DNA of 64,000 nt, from positions 3,654 to 67,653 of the forward strand of contig JBAYGW010000005.1 of NCBI GenBank assembly GCA_041666485.1, read 5' to 3'. This document shows positions 48,505-59,897 of this stretch, piece by piece. The translations under genes and the position numbers were made by a program. Position 1 is the stretch's first letter. Each line of letters starts with the position of its first letter. The DNA is from Patescibacteria group bacterium (GTDB taxonomy: Bacteria; Patescibacteriota; Patescibacteriia; UM-FILTER-42-10). Below the pieces are notes generated by a model. The model ran no database searches, was not told the origin of the DNA, and was given only the letters and a program-made list of their open reading frames with translations.

Positions 48505-48699
48505 TTATTTTATTAATTGCTCAAGCCCTAAATTCAATAAATAATCGGCCAGTCCTAGGAACACAGCCACCGATATACTAACCCCGATCACAATCAAAGT
48601 GTGCTTAATCGCCTCCTTGCGGCTGGGCCATGTAACTTTTCTTAATTCATCTTTCGATTCTTTGAAATATCGAAATATTTTGTTGTTGGTTATTGGCAT
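48505..48699 (-). CDS. secE: Preprotein translocase SecE (start reassigned to ATG at 48699)
   Basis: ELRKVTWPSRKE plus one TM; directly upstream of nusG. Confidence 0.95.
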   Translation of the reverse strand: MPITNNKIFRYFKESKDELRKVTWPSRKEAIKHTLIVIGVSISVAVFLGLADYLLNLGLEQLIK

Positions 48700-48806
48700 T
48701 TTTTGGTCTTTAAAAAGCCCTCGTCGGGCTCTGATTTTTATCAATCAAATCATACCCGAAATCAAAATAATTTGCAAGTGCTTGGGTTAAAAATTGTGAA
48801 ATTTCG

Positions 48807-50903
<2,097 letters not shown>

Positions 50904-50920
50904 CTACCTTTCTTCAAGTA

Positions 50921-53308
50921 TTATTGTGCTCGAATTTGAGCGTTAAACTTTTGTTCTAATGATTTAATTATCTGATTATGAAATTTTTGCGCTTCAGCAA
51001 GCGAAAGCGTCCGGTCATCGGCACGGTAATCCAAGTGCAGCGCCATACTTTTTTTACCATCGCCAATCTGTTTTCCGATATAGACATCAAACAGCTCCAC
51101 TCGGGCAAGCAACTCACCACCGGCCTGCCAGACAGCATGTTCAATCTGTTTGTATAAAATCTTCCGGTCAATAACAAACGCCACATCCAACATTACACTG
51201 GGATATTTTGGCAATACATTAAATATTTTTAAAGTTGTAAGATAATCCAGAAACACAACTAGAAAATATATCGGCCGATCCAGGTCAAAATTTTTGGCTA
51301 CTGTTCCGGAAAGCTGTGAAAGTGTTGCGATCACTTTACCGTTATGAGTAAATTTCAATGACTTGCGTGTATTATACGCATCCCAATACGGGCAATCAGT
51401 CGCACCGGATTTTTCCAGCAGTTCGCTTTCGTACTTCACGTTCTGTTCCTCAAAAAGCTGTTCTAATGTGCCTTTCAGCTCAAAAAATTCCCCGCCGTCT
51501 TTTGACTCTCCAGTGATAACCGCGCTTAACAGCGGCGCCTCGTGAGTTTTGCCGCCGGTCTTTGGAAAATACACATTGGAAAGCTCAAATAATTTCAAAT
51601 TTTCTGTATGCTTCAGATTTTCGTGGACATTATTTAACAGACCCGACAGCAGTTCAGTCCGCAGATACTGTTGATTTGAGGCAAGCGGGTTGGCGACCTC
51701 AATATGGTCTGATATTTTTAAACCCATTCTTTGTATATTTTCTTTACTGGTAAAGGAATAATTATAAACCTCAGTAAACCCTTTTCCTTTAAAATAGGCT
51801 TTCACCTGTCTGATTCTGGACAAATATTTCGGCTCCACGGGTGGCTCTAAATTGCCGGTTGGTACGGATTCGCCCAGCTTATTGTAACCATAAATTCGGG
51901 AAATTTCTTCAATAATATCTTCCGGGATTTTCAGATCAGGACGATAAGTCGGGGCCAGAACTTCCAGTGTATTTTTACCTCGCTTGGTGACTTCCGCACC
52001 CAGTGAATTTAATATGGAAATAATTTCTTTTGCCGGAATTTTTATTCCAAGAATATTTTCAATTTTATCAGTATTAACCGTAATTTTAACCGGTTCCAGT
52101 TGCCATGTTCCGATATCAACCACCTGTTCTAATATGGCAGTCGGCATCATTTCCTTCAACAGGGAAAATGTATAAGTTAAATGCGCCAAAGTCTGGTTTG
52201 GGTCAACTGTCTTTTCGTAACGGCCGACCGCGTCTGTTCTAGCCCCGAGTTTGCGCGATGTCCGTCGGATAGTTATCGGATCAAAAGCCGCCGCCTGCAA
52301 AACAATGGTTTTGGTTTTTTCATTAATCTCACTGTTCGCTCCGCCCATAATTCCGGCCAGATCAATTATCCTTTCCCCGTCTTCAATAATCAGCATCCCG
52401 GCTTCCAAATTCCAGGTTTTACTATCCAGTGTTGTTACTTTCTCGCCGTTCTTTGCCGGACGGACCGTCATTGTTTTCCCCTTAATTTTATCATAGTCAA
52501 AAGCGTGTAACGGCTGACCGCGGTCCAACATGATGTAGTTTGTTAAGTCCACAATGTTATTAATTGACCGCACTCCGACTGATTCTAAACGCTTGCGCAC
52601 CCATTCTGGGGAAGGCCCGACTTTTATTCCGCTAATCACCAACGCCGAATAACGCGGGCACAATTTTACATCCTTTACTTCTACTTTAACAATCTGATTT
52701 TTTTTCGGTTCCTCTGAAATATCATATAATTCCCTTTTCAATTTTGATCCCGTAATCGCCGCGATCTCCCGGGCGACGCCGAAGTGCCCCATCAGATCCG
52801 GTCGGTTGGCAAGTACATCCAAATCAAGCACCACGTCATCTAATCCTAATTCTTTAACAACATCATTACCTATTTTTGCCTTATCATCTAAAAATAAAAT
52901 TTCATGATCACCTTTTTTCGGCAATCCCAGTTCTTCTGAGGAGCAAATCATCCCGCAGGATTCCACACCTCTGATATTTGCCTTTTTCAGTTCCATGCCG
53001 TTCGGCAATTTCGCGCCCACCATGGCAAACGGCACTTTCTTACCAACAGATTCCGGTTTGATATTAACTCCACCGCAGACTACTTCAAATTTTTCTTTAC
53101 CGTTGTTAACTGATACCAGATTTAACTTATCGGCGTTAGGATGTTTTTTGATACCTAAAATCTCCGCTACCACTACATTTGAAATATTACCGCTAGTTTT
53201 TTCAATCGTATTCACTTCAACCGAACAGATCGTCAAATCATCAGCCAGTTTTTCTGGAGTTGTCCGAATCGCGACATATTCTTTTAACCAATTAAGTGAT
53301 ACTTTCAT
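50921..53308 (-). CDS. pheT: Phenylalanine--tRNA ligase beta subunit
   Basis: HPNADKL, NRPDL, GQPLHAFD, RPDL...DIIEEI.RIYGY, FDX-ACB tail. Confidence 0.98.
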   Translation of the reverse strand: MKVSLNWLKEYVAIRTTPEKLADDLTICSVEVNTIEKTSGNISNVVVAEILGIKKHPNADKLNLVSVNNGKEKFEVVCGGVNIKPESVGKKVPFAMVGAKLPNGMELKKANIRGVESCGMICSSEELGLPKKGDHEILFLDDKAKIGNDVVKELGLDDVVLDLDVLANRPDLMGHFGVAREIAAITGSKLKRELYDISEEPKKNQIVKVEVKDVKLCPRYSALVISGIKVGPSPEWVRKRLESVGVRSINNIVDLTNYIMLDRGQPLHAFDYDKIKGKTMTVRPAKNGEKVTTLDSKTWNLEAGMLIIEDGERIIDLAGIMGGANSEINEKTKTIVLQAAAFDPITIRRTSRKLGARTDAVGRYEKTVDPNQTLAHLTYTFSLLKEMMPTAILEQVVDIGTWQLEPVKITVNTDKIENILGIKIPAKEIISILNSLGAEVTKRGKNTLEVLAPTYRPDLKIPEDIIEEISRIYGYNKLGESVPTGNLEPPVEPKYLSRIRQVKAYFKGKGFTEVYNYSFTSKENIQRMGLKISDHIEVANPLASNQQYLRTELLSGLLNNVHENLKHTENLKLFELSNVYFPKTGGKTHEAPLLSAVITGESKDGGEFFELKGTLEQLFEEQNVKYESELLEKSGATDCPYWDAYNTRKSLKFTHNGKVIATLSQLSGTVAKNFDLDRPIYFLVVFLDYLTTLKIFNVLPKYPSVMLDVAFVIDRKILYKQIEHAVWQAGGELLARVELFDVYIGKQIGDGKKSMALHLDYRADDRTLSLAEAQKFHNQIIKSLEQKFNAQIRAQ

Positions 53309-53351
53309 GGTGAATTGTTAGGGTATAGGGTTTAGGGAGAAGGGATTAGGG

Positions 53352-54392
53352 TTAGAATTGTTTTAAAAACCTTATGTCGTTCTCAAACAAAGCGCGGATG
53401 TCGGCGATCTTATGTTTGATCATCAAGGGCCGTTCAATGCCGAAACCAAAGGCAAAACCCTGATACTTTTTCGGGTCATAGTTCGCTGCTTTCAGGACAT
53501 TCGGATGGATCATACCGCAGCCACCCATCTCCAGCCAGCCGGTGTTTTTACAGGTCGGGCATCCTTTTCCGTCGCAAATGGTACAGGAGACGTCAAATTC
53601 CGCTCCCGGCTCCACGAACGGGAAATAAGAAATGCGAAAACGGACCTTAATGTCCTTCTCCAGGATTTCTCTCATTGCATAATGCAGTGTTCCCTTCAAA
53701 TCAGAAAAAGTTATATCAGTGTCAACAGCTACACCGTCAAATTGATGAAACATTGGTGTATGGGAAATATCTTCATCACGGCGGTAGCATTTACCGGTGG
53801 CAATCACACGCAGTGGCGGCTTTCTCTTTTCCATCGTTCTGACTTGTGATGCGGAGGAGGTATGCGTTCTCAACAATAATTCGCCGTATTTACCGACAGA
53901 CGCATTTTTTCCTTTTTTAATGTAAAAAGTATCCTGCATATCGCGCGCCGGGTGATCTGCCGGCACATTCAATGCCTGAAAGTTGTAATAATCATTTTCA
54001 ATTTCCGGTCCGTCAACAATATCAAAATTCATGGAACGGAACACATCCCAGATTTTTTCCAGCATCTGGGTAATCGGATGCAAATGTCCTGCTTGCGTTC
54101 TGACACCCGGCAGTGTCGGATCAAAAAACTCTGTTCCTTCTTCAGGGTAACTTGAAAATTTTAATTCCGCTGTTTTCAGCGCATTAGTCAGCTCATTTTT
54201 GATTTCATTTGCCAATTTACCGATTACCGGCTTCATTTCATCCGAAATATCCTTGATTTCCCGTAGCACCTTAGTAATTTTGCCTTTTCTGCCCAAATAC
54301 TCAATCTCCAGATTTTTCAAACTTTCGGAGTCATTAACTTTCTGGATCTCTTCCAGTGCTTTTTGCTTCAGTTGTTCCAGGGTTTTTTTCAT
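53352..54392 (-). CDS. pheS: Phenylalanine--tRNA ligase alpha subunit
   Basis: GHLHP, HPARDMQDTFY, LRTHTS, YFPFVEP, GFAFGFGIER. Confidence 0.98.
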   Translation of the reverse strand: MKKTLEQLKQKALEEIQKVNDSESLKNLEIEYLGRKGKITKVLREIKDISDEMKPVIGKLANEIKNELTNALKTAELKFSSYPEEGTEFFDPTLPGVRTQAGHLHPITQMLEKIWDVFRSMNFDIVDGPEIENDYYNFQALNVPADHPARDMQDTFYIKKGKNASVGKYGELLLRTHTSSASQVRTMEKRKPPLRVIATGKCYRRDEDISHTPMFHQFDGVAVDTDITFSDLKGTLHYAMREILEKDIKVRFRISYFPFVEPGAEFDVSCTICDGKGCPTCKNTGWLEMGGCGMIHPNVLKAANYDPKKYQGFAFGFGIERPLMIKHKIADIRALFENDIRFLKQF

Positions 54393-54398
54393 ATAATA

Positions 54399-54803
54399 TT
54401 ATTCTTGATGTTGCTCATGTTGCGTAACCGGATTTTCTCTGCCCAGTAAAAAGAATTCCAGCAGTCCTAAACCCATAATCAGCAAGACCGCGTTCCACCA
54501 GGTAAACAGATTGTTAGCTTGGAGCATTAAAGAAATCACAATTAGGGAAGAAAATAAGACCGACTGGCGCAATGAAACCCCGATGTGACGGAATAGTACC
54601 GATCTTTTCACAAAAATAGCACGTACAAAAAAGCCAAATAAGGCAAATGTTCCCATTAGCGACAAAAAAAGCATGATATAGAAAGAAAAAAGCCCGACAA
54701 AACCTGAGTTAAAAGGGTCAATATTCAGAATAACCAATACAAAAGCCCCCCACGAAATGAGGGTCCCAAATCCCATAATTAACAGGTATCTTCTTAACGG
54801 CAT
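54399..54803 (-). CDS. Hypothetical 4-TM membrane protein
   Basis: Four hydrophobic helices; directly upstream of pheS. Confidence 0.75.
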   Translation of the reverse strand: MPLRRYLLIMGFGTLISWGAFVLVILNIDPFNSGFVGLFSFYIMLFLSLMGTFALFGFFVRAIFVKRSVLFRHIGVSLRQSVLFSSLIVISLMLQANNLFTWWNAVLLIMGLGLLEFFLLGRENPVTQHEQHQE

Positions 54804-55007
54804 ATAACACTAAAGAATCTTATCTCATCGTAGTTTTTTGAAGAGATTTCCACCTAGATTGTAACAGATTTTCGTGATTTCAGCAAACGATTTTTTGGGG
54901 CAAAAAAGGTCATTTTTCCAAAGAAAAAAGGCTCCGAACATTCATGGGAGTGAATGGGAACCTTTCGGGAAACGAGGGGTCGAGCATAGCTCGACAAAGG
55001 TGCGATG

Positions 55008-55442
55008 CTACGCGATACGCTGGACTTCGAATCCGACGTATTCGCGCTTGATGAACTTGCCTCTGAAGGTCGTGGTCGTATGGTACTTCTCCTGATAGAC
55101 CAGGATCACCAGCTCGCCCGGCTGCCTTTGGGTGATGTGGTCTGCGGGTACGCAGACCAAGCCCACCGGCGTGTCGATGACCATGACCACCTGGTCGCAC
55201 GTGGCAACCGTTGTTACGAACTTGCGTCCGTTAGTGGCCGCCGTGGCAACTCCCAGGTTCTGAGTGAATAGGCCGTGGAACACGACCTGCCCCGAGATCG
55301 CCTGTGATGCGGAGTGCTCCACGACGATCTTGTTGTCGAAGATCCCCGCGACCAGGAGGATCAGGGCGATGGCCAACAGGACAATTAGAAGGCCCTTCTG
55401 GAACCGATAGCGAAGCTCCGCCTCATGAGAATCGTATGCCAT
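55008..55442 (-). CDS. GC-rich orphan protein with N-terminal TM
   Basis: AGGAGAG SD; TM followed by beta-rich domain. Confidence 0.6.
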   Translation of the reverse strand: MAYDSHEAELRYRFQKGLLIVLLAIALILLVAGIFDNKIVVEHSASQAISGQVVFHGLFTQNLGVATAATNGRKFVTTVATCDQVVMVIDTPVGLVCVPADHITQRQPGELVILVYQEKYHTTTTFRGKFIKREYVGFEVQRIA

Positions 55443-55503
55443 GACTCACACTCTCCTAATTCGTCGACCGTGTTGCTATCCGAGCTGATTCCCAGATAGC
55501 GTG

Positions 55504-55983
55504 TTAGTTGCCGACGGGGAGCGCAGCGAGCAGGGCCCGGGGTTCGTTTTCCGGGCGGAGGTGCCGGGGGTGGATTTTCAGAACACGGGTCCTGCTTCCT
55601 TCGCTGACCACGGTGGTGACCACAGCCGTTGCCGGCCGAGTTGAGTCGGCGGGGCAAATCTCCACCAACTGTTTGGCCACCACGAGTATGGCCCTGCCGT
55701 TGTAGCTCGACAGGTTGTCGGAGCTGATAGAGACCATGTACGCGGTATTCGCGTACTTGTTCTTGAGGAGATTGACCGTCAGGAAGGATTCCAGCCGGTA
55801 CTCCCCCTCGGTGAGCTGGGACAGCCCGATCACCGGGATGCTGTACGCACGCAGATTCTTGATCTGCTGGCGGTAGACGAGACTGCTCCCGATCCCGAGG
55901 AAGATGGCGAAGAAGGCGAGGACAACCCAGAAACGGGTGGCGGTGTACCAGTGGTACCGCTTGGCGAGCTGCAAGTTAGGCAT
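55504..55983 (-). CDS. GC-rich orphan protein with N-terminal TM
   Basis: AAAGGTG SD; TM followed by soluble domain; TTGACA promoter upstream. Confidence 0.6.
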   Translation of the reverse strand: MPNLQLAKRYHWYTATRFWVVLAFFAIFLGIGSSLVYRQQIKNLRAYSIPVIGLSQLTEGEYRLESFLTVNLLKNKYANTAYMVSISSDNLSSYNGRAILVVAKQLVEICPADSTRPATAVVTTVVSEGSRTRVLKIHPRHLRPENEPRALLAALPVGN

Positions 55984-56102
55984 GATCTACACCTTTCACT
56001 TCCGTGTGTGGAAACACCCTCACGCGCAAAGGCGTTTCAGAGAAGAACCTGATCCACGCGTGACCGAGTATACTAGCACATCTCAACCGGATTGTCAAGC
56101 CA

Positions 56103-56186
56103 CGTCAGAAGGTACGATTGCGCAATCGCACCTTCTGACGGTGTTAAGACTCAATCAAAACAGGCGCGACATCAATGTCGCGCCTG
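56103..56186. repeat. Two adjacent palindromes (REP-like or terminator)
   Basis: CGTCAGAAGGTACGATTGCGCAATCGCACCTTCTGACG (one mismatch) and CAGGCGCGACAT-CA-ATGTCGCGCCTG. Confidence 0.8.
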
Positions 56187-56207
56187 CACACTAAAATAAA
56201 TATTAAA

Positions 56208-57248
56208 CTATTCCTCTATCCAGCCGTCTTGACTGATGTTGTAGGAAAGAATTATATTGGCAATTTGGTTATAAATACCCTCCAGGTCGGAAGCGGATGG
56301 TGCGTAGAAATACATGTTAGGATCTGTGGCAATATCGTTACGTAAAAAGTCTTCATTCACGCTACTCCCTAACCCGATCGCAAAAATCAAAATCCCGACG
56401 TTGTCCGCTTCATCCGCCTTTGTTCTGGCATAAAGTTCCGCGGCGCTGATTGGTGACGGCACATTTGCTACACCATCGGTTAACAGAATTTCAACTTTGA
56501 TATCCCCGGACGGCACATTTGTCTGTATATTAGTTGTAGCCAATCCAATTGCATCGCCAATATTGGTATTGCCGGTCGGCGTCGGTATTATATTTACCGC
56601 TGCCTGCGCGGCGGCAAAATCATTTGAGGAAGAAAAATTTAGTTGCGCTGATTGATTATAAGAAACAACTCCGATCTTATCATAAAGTGGATCCATTTCA
56701 TCAATAAACGATTTCGCCGCTTCTTTGGCAAAAATCATCGGTCGTGGACCCCACAACCCGCCATTATTTATACATTCTATGGAGTTGAGATACGCGGGAT
56801 TCGTGCAACCATCACCATCATCATCCATGCTACCAGAACGGTCTATTATGTGATAAATGGTAGTGTCGTTTCTTGTGGCAGAAGCACCCGCATCGGCATA
56901 ATAACTGGCAACAGTACGAACGCTATTGGCAAACGTTCCGGTTCCAACTAATTTGCCGGAAGCGACACCGGCATTATGCTGTGCCACAACTTCACACTCT
57001 ACCCCGTCAATATTGATTGTTGTTCCAGTATAGTTTTCGTCTGTGCGTAATTGCAGATATCCTTCTTCAATGCAGGTTTGAGCTGAGTAAAATGCTTTTT
57101 CCGTGGAAATAGAATTTCTGGCGATAATTTTTTCTCTAGTGGCCGTAACATTGTTGGAAAAGACAAATAAAAACATAACAATCATCGTAAAGAAAACCAT
57201 TAAAATGGTGATACTGCCTTCCTGATTTCTTTTTCTAAAATTATTCAT
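56208..57248 (-). CDS. Pilin-like (PilX/TadG-type N-terminus) vWA domain protein
   Basis: QEGSITIL leader plus TM; MIDAS DRSGSM, TNIGDAI, ILLTDG, FAIGLG. Confidence 0.85.
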   Translation of the reverse strand: MNNFRKRNQEGSITILMVFFTMIVMFLFVFSNNVTATREKIIARNSISTEKAFYSAQTCIEEGYLQLRTDENYTGTTINIDGVECEVVAQHNAGVASGKLVGTGTFANSVRTVASYYADAGASATRNDTTIYHIIDRSGSMDDDGDGCTNPAYLNSIECINNGGLWGPRPMIFAKEAAKSFIDEMDPLYDKIGVVSYNQSAQLNFSSSNDFAAAQAAVNIIPTPTGNTNIGDAIGLATTNIQTNVPSGDIKVEILLTDGVANVPSPISAAELYARTKADEADNVGILIFAIGLGSSVNEDFLRNDIATDPNMYFYAPSASDLEGIYNQIANIILSYNISQDGWIEE

Positions 57249-57249
57249 G

Positions 57250-57762
57250 TTACTGTTGTCTGAATGATATCGTAGAATTTATATCAGACTCTCCTGTTCC
57301 TTTTTCAACAATCAAATTAATCCTAAGAGATGAAGAGACTTTCTTAAACGAAACTAGCGAAACATTTACATCTTCATCAGTTAAAAGCTTCATACTAGAC
57401 GGAGCGGGAATCAAATTCATATCCTGTCCATAATACATTTTCCCGCCATTTAATTCATATACTGTAATAATGTTGTCGGGGGCAACAGGGTTAGTATAAA
57501 AATGAGAATAGACTATCGCTTTTGTTCCGCTTGCCTGGATGTCCACATCATAGGCATTACGCAAGGAATAAGTCATTTTTTCAATAATTTGTCTGGCATT
57601 GTACTGCGCTGTCTGCTGATTGTTGGTCAGTACTCGCTGTTCGGTACTGTTTACCAGAAACATAGTCAGCATCAGGGTAACGATACTGGAAATACCCAAA
57701 TACACCATCAACTCCATCAGGGTCGTACCTCGCTGATTAAATTTGATCAGTCTTAATTTCAT
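57250..57762 (-). CDS. Type IV minor pilin (PilW-like)
   Basis: QRG|TTLMELMV class III signal. Confidence 0.85.
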   Translation of the reverse strand: MKLRLIKFNQRGTTLMELMVYLGISSIVTLMLTMFLVNSTEQRVLTNNQQTAQYNARQIIEKMTYSLRNAYDVDIQASGTKAIVYSHFYTNPVAPDNIITVYELNGGKMYYGQDMNLIPAPSSMKLLTDEDVNVSLVSFKKVSSSLRINLIVEKGTGESDINSTISFRQQ

Positions 57763-58247
57763 TGTCCTAACCAGTTAGTAATATAGCTGGCAAATGAGAT
57801 ATCTCTCATATTATCTCTCTCCTGCCATTCCACTTTTACGTCAAGCCGCCTTGCTTGATTATCTTCCGTCCCCGATGCACTCAAATTACCGGCCGCGTCT
57901 CTATAAGCTTTGCTAATATGTATCGTCCGATAATACTTGCCGTTAAGTTCCTGTGCCGGGTTTGCCGGATCACTTGGCAATATTTCAAATGTATTACCGT
58001 TTTCTTGAATCTGATAAAAACCTTCGGATAAAACGCTAATCAAATTCCAGTCTGACTGTTTTATAGCAAAAAGCTGTTCCATTGATTCTTTAGCATAAGC
58101 TGTCGCTTCCACTTCTTGTTTTGAAGCAATCACTAACTGGTGATTGACTCCGATCAGATTACCGATCGCCAAAGAAAAAACCGCTGCCAGACTGATACTT
58201 AGCAGTACTTCAATCAACAGACTTCCTTTTTGATTATGCCAGTTCAT
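57759..58247 (-). CDS. Type IV minor pilin (PilV-like)
   Basis: QKG|SLLIEVLL class III signal. Confidence 0.82.
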   Translation of the reverse strand: MNWHNQKGSLLIEVLLSISLAAVFSLAIGNLIGVNHQLVIASKQEVEATAYAKESMEQLFAIKQSDWNLISVLSEGFYQIQENGNTFEILPSDPANPAQELNGKYYRTIHISKAYRDAAGNLSASGTEDNQARRLDVKVEWQERDNMRDISFASYITNWLGQ

Positions 58248-58684
58248 AAAGATAATATTTTAACTGTTCCCGGTTTCCTGATTTCAATACGGGAACTATT
58301 TACCCCCGCATAAAGGATAAATAAATCCAAATCCTGATCCGGGATGCCTGTTAGCTTATTAAAAACTATGTCGTCACTTGCCGAACACGTGAATTCTTGC
58401 GGAAAGTTGTATGTTTCTGATACTAATTCCGGATTCACTGATAATAAATCTATTGCATTGCCGCTGCAACGCACCGCCCATGCACGACCTGATTCCGCTG
58501 ACTGCGCTCTGCTTTGTGCTTCACGAACTATCTGCGCGACCTTATCTGCTTCAGTTACAGCTTGTGCACCTGTTTTACCTTTTGATAAAGAAATCACCGC
58601 CACACCGGCAATCAGACTGACTGCGGTTATGACGATCAGTACCTCAATTACAGTGAAGCCAAATTGTTTTTTCAGGTTTTTCAT
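58244..58684 (-). CDS. Type IV minor pilin (FimT/GspH-like)
   Basis: QFG|FTVIEVLIV; REAQSRA. Confidence 0.85.
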   Translation of the reverse strand: MKNLKKQFGFTVIEVLIVITAVSLIAGVAVISLSKGKTGAQAVTEADKVAQIVREAQSRAQSAESGRAWAVRCSGNAIDLLSVNPELVSETYNFPQEFTCSASDDIVFNKLTGIPDQDLDLFILYAGVNSSRIEIRKPGTVKILSL

Positions 58685-59889
58685 AATATATTTGCAAAAT
58701 TCCAGAGGGGATACATCACTGCTAGGGCTAATCCGCCGACCAACACACCGGTGATCAATAACATTACCGGTTCAATTAATGTTGACAGATTGTCGCTCCA
58801 GTTCTGAATGTCGTCATCATAATATTTTGCCGAATGATGAAGCATATCATCCAAATAGCCGGTCTTTTCTCCGGTTGATATCATTTTCTGGAACAGCGGT
58901 AAAAACAGATCTGGGTCGCCTTTGAAAATATCGGAAAGCGAAACCCCACGTCTTACAAAAACTTCACCCGCTCGGATAGCGTCACGATAAACAACATTAC
59001 TCGCGGCGTTGCTGGCTAATGTCAAACTTTGATCAATTGAGACACCGGACTTGGTTAGCATGTGTAGCGATCTGGAAATCATTGCTAAATTTAATTTTCT
59101 GATAACCATTCCGATCATCGGCAGACGAAGTGTTAAACGATGGATTGATTTTTTGAATTTCTCCGAATATCTAATACTCAAACGAAATGAAATAATACAT
59201 AACGCAATTCCAACTGCCAGTAACAAACCATAGTTGACGATAAAATTGCTGATTGCAATTAAGATACGGGTAAATACGGGCAATTGTGCGGAAACATCAT
59301 CGTAGATGGCCGCGATTCTTGGAATCACCACCACCATCATCACGGCAACAATTGCAATCATCGTTACAAAAATAAGTGCCGGGTAGATTAATGAATTTCT
59401 GATCTTTCTTAATAATTTATAATCGCTCTCTTGCTGGGTTGTCAGAAATTCCAGCACATCAACCAGTTTTCCTCCGTGTTCGCCGATTCTGATCATGGCA
59501 ATTGCCACCGGAGAAAAAACATTTTTGTACTTTTCCAAAGCAGATGAAAGTGTTTTTCCTGAATTCACTGCTTTTTCCAAATCCGAAATAATTATCTTCA
59601 TATTTGGATTGGAGTTCTGTTCTCTGGAAGAAGCTAATGCTTCAGGAAGATTTAATCCGGCTCTCATCATTGTCATCAGACTGCGCAAAAAAAGGATGCG
59701 GTCAATTCTGGAAATATACCGGAACATGCTCTGCCAAAATGCATTTCCACTTTTTATTTTCACCAAGGTAACAACTGAATTTCCTTCACTGGAAAGCTGC
59801 TTTGACACTCTCTTCTTTGTCCAACCCCGAGCTAATCCACGGTGAATGGTATTTTCTAGATCAATAAATGTGTATTCAAAATTTTTCAT
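58681..59889 (-). CDS. pilC: Type IV pilus platform protein (PilC/GspF family)
   Basis: MRAGL, GE.GG.L, SLIYP, GEKTGYL, LIEP. Confidence 0.9.
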   Translation of the reverse strand: MKNFEYTFIDLENTIHRGLARGWTKKRVSKQLSSEGNSVVTLVKIKSGNAFWQSMFRYISRIDRILFLRSLMTMMRAGLNLPEALASSREQNSNPNMKIIISDLEKAVNSGKTLSSALEKYKNVFSPVAIAMIRIGEHGGKLVDVLEFLTTQQESDYKLLRKIRNSLIYPALIFVTMIAIVAVMMVVVIPRIAAIYDDVSAQLPVFTRILIAISNFIVNYGLLLAVGIALCIISFRLSIRYSEKFKKSIHRLTLRLPMIGMVIRKLNLAMISRSLHMLTKSGVSIDQSLTLASNAASNVVYRDAIRAGEVFVRRGVSLSDIFKGDPDLFLPLFQKMISTGEKTGYLDDMLHHSAKYYDDDIQNWSDNLSTLIEPVMLLITGVLVGGLALAVMYPLWNFANIL

Positions 59890-59897
59890 ATTTTTGA

